A stretch of 64,000 nucleotides of DNA from a virus. Positions 41,754-49,052 of this stretch are shown here, in pieces (within the stretch, counting starts at the first letter, position 1; the number at the start of each line of letters is the position of its first letter). The notes beneath the pieces are model-generated. The model was given only the letters and a program-made list of their open reading frames with translations, was not told the origin of the DNA and made no database searches. A program made the translations under genes and the position numbers. Location: IMG/VR virus record IMGVR_UViG_3300035698_029289, positions 9,980 through 73,979 of that record; one strand, given 5' to 3'.

Positions 41754-42575
41754 ATTTCAGCAAAACTCTGGGAATCGGCAGGCGTAAACGCTTTTCAGAC
41801 AACCCTTAATGGATCAATAGCAAGTGACACTACAACCATTACTCTGTCTTCAGTAACAAACTTGGTTGCCCCAAGTATTCTTGTTATTGACCGGCAAGAT
41901 GGTGTTGGAAATGATACTCCAACGAAAAGAGAATACATTTCTTTTACTGGAATTAGCGGGAATGATCTTACAGGAGTCACTCGTGGGGTAGCCAGTTCTA
42001 CTGCTCAGGCCCACTCTTCCGGTGCTTTAGTTGAAGCGATCCCTTCTGCAACTCACTGGACGGATTTAGTAGATTTCTTACAGGTAGAACACTCTTCTGC
42101 TGGGAAGCATGTTCTCTCCACGGTGACTATTGCTTATGCTGAGGTGGCAAGATTGGTTGTGACTTCTTTAGCCTCACTTGCTGTTGTAAATGTAAAAGGA
42201 CAATTTGTGTGGACAAGTGCAGGAGCTCTAGTAACTTCTTTGGCAACTGCTCCTGGGGATAGTCATTTACCTTTTTTGAGAGCAAGGAAGAATTTGACTT
42301 TAAATGGTGTTTGGGCAGGTTTAAATTCTGCTCCTTCAACAGCAGCATTTCAGGCTAATATCAGTTATCGTTCAGAACCAACAGGGGCTCATACGACCCT
42401 TTTGTCAACCGCATTAACGATTGACGTGGGCGAATATGAGTCGAGAACTGCGGCGACTCCAGTAGTTTTAGGATTGACAAGTTTAGCATCAGGGACTCTT
42501 TTGAGCCCGAGCATTGATGCTCCGGGTGATGGAGGAGACCTCACTTTGACTATAGCTGCGACAGAGCGACCATAA
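41754..42575 (+). CDS. tail fibre/baseplate-like protein, probable ATT start
   Basis: Frame open from ATT 41754 (SD AAGGGGTGA); TTLNGSI...EYISFTG..GN.LTGVTRG...AHSSGA. Confidence 0.7.
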   Translation: MSAKLWESAGVNAFQTTLNGSIASDTTTITLSSVTNLVAPSILVIDRQDGVGNDTPTKREYISFTGISGNDLTGVTRGVASSTAQAHSSGALVEAIPSATHWTDLVDFLQVEHSSAGKHVLSTVTIAYAEVARLVVTSLASLAVVNVKGQFVWTSAGALVTSLATAPGDSHLPFLRARKNLTLNGVWAGLNSAPSTAAFQANISYRSEPTGAHTTLLSTALTIDVGEYESRTAATPVVLGLTSLASGTLLSPSIDAPGDGGDLTLTIAATERP

Positions 42576-43153
42576 TGGCAAACATACTTATTAATTCTGA
42601 TTTTGAGAATGGAAGTGGAGACCGAACCACAGAAGGGTGGCTTGGCAATAGTTCTGCTTATGGTACTTATCTTATGGCTGCTTATGGAACTTTATCCTTT
42701 CAGGCTACCGCTTATCATGGTTCTCAGGCTATTAAACTTGATGTTGGACAAAGCTCTTGGCTTGAAGTAAGTAATGTTGATACAAATGATACTAATGCAA
42801 TCAAGGCCTATTGTCCTGCGATTACAGGAAACACAAAATATAAACTTACTGGATGGCAGAAAAGCGATGGCTTCAGCGTTGGTGTTCAAGGATTATGTGT
42901 TTATATTAGGGAATTTGATTCGGATGGAGCTGTTATTGTTAATTTGGCTACGGATGGTATGTTAGGCACTCAAGACTGGACAGAAGTAACACACACTTGG
43001 ACAACTCACGCTGATGCCGCCTACATAGGAATTACCTATATAAGGGCACACGGAGATGGAGGAGCTACTGGCGATTTATATGCCGATTACTTTAGTTTGG
43101 AAGAAGTAGGAGAAGAAGAAAAAAACAACATTTATGGATATTTTAATTGCTAG
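42575..43153 (+). CDS. carbohydrate-binding (CBM4/9-like) virion protein
   Basis: NILINSDFE, YKLTGWQKS, GTQDWT, YADYFSL. Confidence 0.75.
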   Translation: MANILINSDFENGSGDRTTEGWLGNSSAYGTYLMAAYGTLSFQATAYHGSQAIKLDVGQSSWLEVSNVDTNDTNAIKAYCPAITGNTKYKLTGWQKSDGFSVGVQGLCVYIREFDSDGAVIVNLATDGMLGTQDWTEVTHTWTTHADAAYIGITYIRAHGDGGATGDLYADYFSLEEVGEEEKNNIYGYFNC

Positions 43154-43155
43154 AC

Positions 43156-43812
43156 ATGAGAAATAAAAACATTATACATAAATGTAAAAACTGTGGAAAG
43201 AAATTTTTCCATCGGTCGAAAGGAGCTAATAAATATTGTTCTCATAAATGTTATGTCGAACATTATTGGACAAAGGAAAGACGAGAAGCTCAAGCAATAA
43301 AAAGTAGAAAAAGAATATTAAGTAAAAATCCTATGGAAAATAAAGAAAATAGAAAAAAAGTAAGTTTGTCTAAACTAGGAAAAAAAAGAAAGCCATTTAG
43401 TAAAAAATGCAAAGAAAATATGAGCAATGCTCATAAGGGAGAAAAGAGTTGGTTTTGGGGAAAAAAGGGAAGTCAGCATCCTGGTTGGAGAGGTGGTTTA
43501 TCATCATTGAATCAATTAATTAGAAGCAATGGTTTAATGGACTCTTGGAGAAGAAAAATATTCGAAAGAGACAATTTTACTTGTCAGGAGTGTAAAGGAA
43601 ATGGGCGGTTAGTAGCACATCATATTGTTACTTTCATAACTCTCTTGCGAAAAAACCATATAACAACAGTAAAAGAGGCAGAAAAATGTGATGAACTATG
43701 GAATCTTGATAATGGTATAACTCTATGTAAAAAGTGTCATGACCCTACGATTAAAAGAGAGAAATTATATGAAGAAAGATACAAGGAAATTATTGAAAGT
43801 TTCAATGTTTAA
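43156..43812 (+). CDS. NUMOD3 + HNH homing endonuclease
   Basis: WRRKIFERDNFTCQEC, AHHI, NGITLCKKCH. Confidence 0.9.
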   Translation: MRNKNIIHKCKNCGKKFFHRSKGANKYCSHKCYVEHYWTKERREAQAIKSRKRILSKNPMENKENRKKVSLSKLGKKRKPFSKKCKENMSNAHKGEKSWFWGKKGSQHPGWRGGLSSLNQLIRSNGLMDSWRRKIFERDNFTCQECKGNGRLVAHHIVTFITLLRKNHITTVKEAEKCDELWNLDNGITLCKKCHDPTIKREKLYEERYKEIIESFNV

Positions 43813-43817
43813 CTAAT

Positions 43818-43988
43818 ATGCCAGGACCAGGAAGTCGCATTTCTACTTGGAAAATTTGCCCAGAATGTGGAGAGGAATTTTTATCTTACACAAGGAAGAT
43901 TTGTGAGGATTGTTATCAAAGATTGAGATATCAAAGAAAGAAGAAAAAGTTACTTCAAAAGAAAAAAGAATTGTTGAACATAAAATGA
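43818..43988 (+). CDS. 56 aa Zn-finger protein
   Basis: Below track cutoff: MPGPGSRISTWKICPECGEEFLSYTRKICEDCYQRLR... Confidence 0.6.
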   Translation: MPGPGSRISTWKICPECGEEFLSYTRKICEDCYQRLRYQRKKKKLLQKKKELLNIK

Positions 43989-44140
43989 AAGAAAAGGATT
44001 TTGTTATCAGGAAATATTGGGGTTCTTTTGGCATCAGAAGAAGTGCTAAACCAACTGTTGAATCAGCTGAACTAACTCGTGATGAAAAGAACGCCGAATG
44101 GGTGCGAAAAAAAAATAAAGAGGCGGAAAGCTGGCTTTAA
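43985..44140 (+). CDS. small hypothetical protein
   Basis: ATGA-coupled; MKEKDFVIRKYWG... Confidence 0.5.
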   Translation: MKEKDFVIRKYWGSFGIRRSAKPTVESAELTRDEKNAEWVRKKNKEAESWL

Positions 44141-44199
44141 TCAGTTTACTGGATTTTACAAAGGGCGTTGGTGGGTTAAGGGTAGACCGATGAAAAGAA

Positions 44200-44493
44200 A
44201 TGAAAGAAAGGTTGTGGAAGGCAATATCAGAAATAGACGGAGAAATCTTTTCTCTGGGAATGAAAGATGCCGAAATAATCCGCTTACCTGAAAGTGAATG
44301 GATTGAAGGAGGAGAACATGGTATTTTTGCGACAAGACATAAGTCAGATGCCGAAAAAGTTATTTACTCTGCCGAACATAGAAAGGTTTTGTCAATACCA
44401 TTAAACATGAAAGTGATACCTATTATTGGTGAGATAAAGGATGATAGAGGGAAGACAGTAGTTTGTGAAAGGATTTTAATAGAAGGTGAATAA
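44200..44493 (+). CDS. hypothetical protein
   Basis: 97 aa ORF overlapping the next start. Confidence 0.6.
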   Translation: MKERLWKAISEIDGEIFSLGMKDAEIIRLPESEWIEGGEHGIFATRHKSDAEKVIYSAEHRKVLSIPLNMKVIPIIGEIKDDRGKTVVCERILIEGE

Positions 44494-46453
44494 AGAAATA
44501 GGATTACACTATTTAGGGGGTGACTTTAAGACAAGAACCCAAATCAGACGGAAACTTCTCTCTGAGGAGTTGACTGCTCCGCTCCAATTAACAAAACCTG
44601 CTTTAGTTAGAACCTTCGCTGAATGGCAGCCGATTATAAACAGACGGCAAAAAGAATACCAGGAACTCCTTGGAATACCAGAAACAATCCACATTGAAAT
44701 CGCTACTGAAAAACCAATCCTGCTTGTCCCCATAGGGGATGTTCATGCCGAGCATCCTGAAACCAATCTTGAACAATTTGGTAAAGACATAGATTTAGCA
44801 AAATCAGTTAATGCGTATTTTATCACTTTAGGAGATTTAACCAATAGTATCTTCTGGAAAGCAGAACCTTCCTTAATGACTGCCCAAGAGTCAACAATGT
44901 ATATCAGGTCGGCCTTGAAATATATGGCGGAAGATGGACACCTTTTGGCTTCATGGCTTGGCGACCATGATTGTCTTGATGAGAAAACGGAAGTATATAC
45001 AAAACGAGGTTGGTTAAAATGGAATGAGCTTAATGAAAAGGATAATCTTTTGACTATAAACCCCGATGGTGGGTTGTTAGAATGGCATAAATACGAAAAG
45101 AAAATTGTTGAAGATTTTGATGGAGAGCTAATTCATATCAAGGGTAAAAATATTGACTTGTTGGGAACAGAAAACCATCGGGTGTTTTATCAAAAGCGAA
45201 GAACTGATAAATATGATTTTATCCCCTTGGAACAGTTTGCTAGTTTAAAGTGGGCAGACCATTATGGAATTCCTAATGCTTCAACTTTTAATTTTAGTGA
45301 TTATCCGATATCAGATGAACTAATTCGATTGGTGGCGTGGTTGATTACTGATGGGTGGATTCAAACAAGAAAAGGCTATGGTTATCAACGGGTATGTTAT
45401 ACACAAAAGGAAGAGGATGCTCATTTAATTACTGATATTTTGGATGGACTTGGTTTTAAGTATTCTGCTAAAAGAAGGATTAGAACAAGAGATAAAATTG
45501 ATGGCATGAAAATTAAATCCTTAAAGCCATCTATTGATATAGGAGTTTGTTCCAAAGATTCTAAGAAAATTTTAGATTTGATTAAAGATAAAAAATCCAT
45601 GCCGTCATGGGTTTATAAATTGAGTGATAGGCAGTTTGACGCTTTTCTGGATTCTTTGATTGATGGTGATGGAACTCGGCTTCCGAGAATGAAGAATTGT
45701 GCTTGTTTCTATCAAAAGAGCAAGAAATTGATTGATGAATTACAGGCTTTGTGTGCGATGCACAATATTAAAACCAACATTTACGAGTATAAAAACCGAA
45801 TGGGGAATAAGCAATATCGGCTCAATATAAATTTTAGGAAAGACACTCGATTGGTTTCTCCAAAAGCGGTTAGAGAAAATTACAAGGGGAAGATTTGGGA
45901 TGTTTCAATACCACCTAACAGAAACTTCTTTGTTAGAAGAAATGGCAAAGCGTATTTTACTGGTAATTCTTGGGCTTTTGACAAACACGGAAGCCATACA
46001 CTTTACGCTGATTTTTGGGAGAAGTTTAACGCCCATTTACTAGACGGAGTATCTTATGTTGATATTGGACTTAATAACGGAGATACAGTCCAGAAATACG
46101 GGATAGTTGGCTCTCATCGCCACCCTGGCCACAGTATCTACAATTCCAGCCATCAATGTTTAAGACAATGGAGAGATGAGGGAGTAGGGTCTCTTATTAG
46201 TATTTCTGCTCACAAACACACTAAGGCCCATAATCAACAAACCCATAAACTTTATGGTGGAAAAGAGGTTGTGTTTCATTCTGTTGCCATAGGAACATAT
46301 AAAGAATCAGACCGATATAGCAGAAAACACGGTTGGCCACGCAAGGGAGAAAAGACAGCTGGAGCGTTTGGAATAGTGCTTTATCCAGGCAAGGAAAAAA
46401 TTCACATTTTCTGGGAATTAGAAGATGCGGTAGACGCACTAAGCAAGGCTTGA
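44486..46453 (+). CDS. calcineurin-like metallophosphoesterase containing an intein
   Basis: GDVH, GDL, GDHD, HRH, AHKHT motifs. Confidence 0.85.
   Translation: MNKEIGLHYLGGDFKTRTQIRRKLLSEELTAPLQLTKPALVRTFAEWQPIINRRQKEYQELLGIPETIHIEIATEKPILLVPIGDVHAEHPETNLEQFGKDIDLAKSVNAYFITLGDLTNSIFWKAEPSLMTAQESTMYIRSALKYMAEDGHLLASWLGDHDCLDEKTEVYTKRGWLKWNELNEKDNLLTINPDGGLLEWHKYEKKIVEDFDGELIHIKGKNIDLLGTENHRVFYQKRRTDKYDFIPLEQFASLKWADHYGIPNASTFNFSDYPISDELIRLVAWLITDGWIQTRKGYGYQRVCYTQKEEDAHLITDILDGLGFKYSAKRRIRTRDKIDGMKIKSLKPSIDIGVCSKDSKKILDLIKDKKSMPSWVYKLSDRQFDAFLDSLIDGDGTRLPRMKNCACFYQKSKKLIDELQALCAMHNIKTNIYEYKNRMGNKQYRLNINFRKDTRLVSPKAVRENYKGKIWDVSIPPNRNFFVRRNGKAYFTGNSWAFDKHGSHTLYADFWEKFNAHLLDGVSYVDIGLNNGDTVQKYGIVGSHRHPGHSIYNSSHQCLRQWRDEGVGSLISISAHKHTKAHNQQTHKLYGGKEVVFHSVAIGTYKESDRYSRKHGWPRKGEKTAGAFGIVLYPGKEKIHIFWELEDAVDALSKA
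44972..45967 (+). mobile_element. intein with LAGLIDADG endonuclease (332 aa)
   Basis: GDHD|CLDEKTEV...TENH...WLITDG...LIDGDG...YFTGN|S. Confidence 0.93.
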
Positions 46454-46528
46454 AAATAAGATGTCCAGTATTTTCTTTTCTTATTGGAGAAATGGTATAA
46501 TAATGAAAATGAGGACAGAATAAATATT

Positions 46529-47047
46529 ATGCCAAAAGGAGTTTATTTTCGTACTGAAGCAACTAGAAAGAAAATAAGTGAAGCCCGTATGGGTAAAAAG
46601 CTTTCTGAAAAAACTAAACGGAAATTGAGTGAAATTCATAAACGGATTGGCACTAGGCCACTTTCTCGTAAAGGCATCATTTTGAGTGAAGAGCTTAAAA
46701 AGAAACTAAGTAAAATTCATAAAAAAATCGGAACTATGCCGCCACACCCTAAAGGAAAAGACCATCCTAACTGGAAAGGTGGCTTCTCGCTTTATCCTAT
46801 TGATTGGACAGAAACCCTAAAAGAATCTATCAGACAAAGAGATAACTGTGTTTGTCAGTTATGCGGAATACATCAAGGCGAATTAAAAGGATTTCATAAG
46901 AAACTAGATGTTCACCATATTGATTATAATAAAGATAATCTAAATCCAGACAACTTGATTTCACTTTGTAAAAGTTGTCACTTGAAAACTAATTATAATC
47001 GGGAATATTGGCTTGAATATTTTCAACAAAAGGAAGTGAAAATATAA
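46529..47047 (+). CDS. NUMOD3 + HNH homing endonuclease
   Basis: SEKTKRKLS repeats; RDNCVCQLC; LDVHHIDY; NLISLCKSCH. Confidence 0.92.
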   Translation: MPKGVYFRTEATRKKISEARMGKKLSEKTKRKLSEIHKRIGTRPLSRKGIILSEELKKKLSKIHKKIGTMPPHPKGKDHPNWKGGFSLYPIDWTETLKESIRQRDNCVCQLCGIHQGELKGFHKKLDVHHIDYNKDNLNPDNLISLCKSCHLKTNYNREYWLEYFQQKEVKI

Positions 47048-47111
47048 ATGATAAACTGGCGTGATGGAATATTGAACAGGCGATAGATTTTATGGCAATC
47101 TGATTATTCCC

Positions 47112-47208
47112 TTGACAAAGGTGGAGGCATGGTTTAATAATGTATTATATGTTCATAAGGCGGTTTAATCGCTAGTGAACAAGAAGAGCCGATAATTGGC
47201 TCTTTTTT
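47112..47208 (+). promoter_or_regulatory. leader cassette 5
   Basis: TTGACA + AT-rich -10; GTTCAT AA GGCGGT tta ATCGCT A GTGAAC; AAGAGCC..GGCTCTT then TTTT. Confidence 0.78.
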
Positions 47209-47220
47209 AATGGAGAGAAT

Positions 47221-47502
47221 ATGGCAACAAAAAATAACTTGTTAGAAAAAATTTGGGTTATTATTCGCGAAGATTCAAAAAAGTTAAACAAAATCGGTAT
47301 TCATGTCGCCGTTCTTAATAAGGAAATGGGTGGAGTTCAAAAAGATATTAGTGCGATTAGGCTTTGGCAAAGAAGTCTTACGAAGAGGTTCGTCGGTCGT
47401 GCTGAATTTGATCCCGTAAAGAAGATTGTATTTGGGGCTGTAAAAATAATATTAGTGGTAGTCTTTGGAGCGATTATAGGACTTGTAATTATCTCGAGAT
47501 AA
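47221..47502 (+). CDS. coiled-coil protein with C-terminal TM helix (holin/XhlA-like)
   Basis: IVFGAVKIILVVVFGAIIGLVII. Confidence 0.6.
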   Translation: MATKNNLLEKIWVIIREDSKKLNKIGIHVAVLNKEMGGVQKDISAIRLWQRSLTKRFVGRAEFDPVKKIVFGAVKIILVVVFGAIIGLVIISR

Positions 47503-47566
47503 CTTTGCGAGCAAATTTAAAGAAAAAAAGGTAAAGGAGAAGGAAAATAACTAGCACCTTAATCAT
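47489..47566 (-). CDS. 25 aa hydrophobic peptide
   Basis: MIKVLVIFLLLYLFFFKFARKVISR; TAATG-coupled to the upstream peptide. Confidence 0.5.
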   Translation of the reverse strand: MIKVLVIFLLLYLFFFKFARKVISR

Positions 47567-47694
47567 TAAGAGCGCCAGGGGTGATTGAGAATTACTAATA
47601 AAACGCCGAGGCCAAAAAATAAATCAAGGCCATAGAACCAATAGGAAAGGCAGAACATTATGATAGAAAGAAACCAAGCGATTTTTTTAATCAT
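47566..47694 (-). CDS. 42 aa two-TM peptide
   Basis: MIKKIAWFLSIIMFCLSYWFYGLDLFFGLGVLLVILNHPWRS; extended -10 TGTTATAAT at ~47705-47713 (minus). Confidence 0.55.
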   Translation of the reverse strand: MIKKIAWFLSIIMFCLSYWFYGLDLFFGLGVLLVILNHPWRS

Positions 47695-47744
47695 TATTAA
47701 AGATATTATAACACAAAATTTTAAAAGAAGGGAGGTGAACAATA

Positions 47745-49043
47745 ATGGGATGGTTAAGTAATATGTGGGGAAAAGTTCAGGATGTTTGGGGAGGAGGGCT
47801 TCCGGCACGGCCACAAGAACAGAGGCCAATTCTTCCTTTAGGAGTAGGTCCTGCGGGAATTACGCCACCATGGGGAGCTAGGCCAGTTCAGGCTGCTGCT
47901 CCAACTACACCTCAAACTCAATGGAGGACTCCTGAGCAAGAAGCTCAATTAAGGGCTTTTGATATTGCTCAGCGCAGTGGTGGAGTACCATCTGGTGGAA
48001 GTTATCCAGGAGCAGCTCCAGGGCCAGCAACAGCAGGGCCAGCAGCAGCAGGGCCAACAGGTCCTTCTGCAGAAGAGATAGCAAGACAAAGAGAATTGGA
48101 AGAGATTGAAGGCATATTCGGACAAACTAAAGACTATCTTGGAACTCTCGAAGCACGATATCGGGAAGAACTTCCGGCATCTGAGCAGAGAGTAGCAACT
48201 TCTTATGAAGCAGCATTAGTTCCCATTGAGGAAAGAGCTGCTACTCAAGCAGGTCTTATTTCAGGTCAGGAGGAAACGGTTTCGAAAGAAGAGGCTTCTG
48301 CCTTGGCTCAAGCTCGCCAGCGCTATGGTGAACTTCAACAGGGAATTATTTCTCGGTTTGGAGCTGGAACCTCAGCAGGACCAGCAGCAAGCGAGATTTT
48401 GGCAAGGGAGACACAGAGAACGTTTGCGGGTGTTCAAGAAGCAGCTCAAACAGCCATGACTGATCTTACTTCAGAGTCACGACGGCTTTCAGATTTTGTC
48501 GGCAGACAAAAGGAAGTCCTGGCAAAACAAAAAGCCGATAGCATCAAAGAAATTAGACTCAAGTTCAATGCTGGATTGGCTCAAATTCAAGCGATGAAAG
48601 GTCAATCAGAGATAGAAAAAGCAAAGGCTCGCCTTGGAACAATGCAAGCATATCAACAGCAGGCATTTCAAATTGCACAGGCAGACAAAGCCTTTGAAAG
48701 ACAACTGGAGTTATTCGAAACAACCAAACAGGATCAACTATCACAGCAATTCATAACGAAGACTGGAATTGCACCTGAGGCAGCTTTAACATATCAAAGA
48801 CTTCTAGCGGGTGGCAAAGGATATACACCGGCCGCAGCAGCAGAAGTAATGGAATTTCCAACCACTGGATTCGGAGGAGGAGTAAGTCCTTTCGCTACGG
48901 GATGGCAACATGACCCTGCTTCTAATATTTGGTATAACGAACAAACGGGAGAAAGGCTTCCTTACGGACAATCTCCGGGAGGAGCAGGGCAAGGTATGGG
49001 TGCGGGAAGTATGTACGACTTGAATATACCAGGTCAAGGATAA
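47745..49043 (+). CDS. internal virion / DNA ejection protein
   Basis: A/Q/G-rich coiled coil preceding the giant protein. Confidence 0.65.
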   Translation: MGWLSNMWGKVQDVWGGGLPARPQEQRPILPLGVGPAGITPPWGARPVQAAAPTTPQTQWRTPEQEAQLRAFDIAQRSGGVPSGGSYPGAAPGPATAGPAAAGPTGPSAEEIARQRELEEIEGIFGQTKDYLGTLEARYREELPASEQRVATSYEAALVPIEERAATQAGLISGQEETVSKEEASALAQARQRYGELQQGIISRFGAGTSAGPAASEILARETQRTFAGVQEAAQTAMTDLTSESRRLSDFVGRQKEVLAKQKADSIKEIRLKFNAGLAQIQAMKGQSEIEKAKARLGTMQAYQQQAFQIAQADKAFERQLELFETTKQDQLSQQFITKTGIAPEAALTYQRLLAGGKGYTPAAAAEVMEFPTTGFGGGVSPFATGWQHDPASNIWYNEQTGERLPYGQSPGGAGQGMGAGSMYDLNIPGQG

Positions 49044-49052
49044 GGAGTAACT

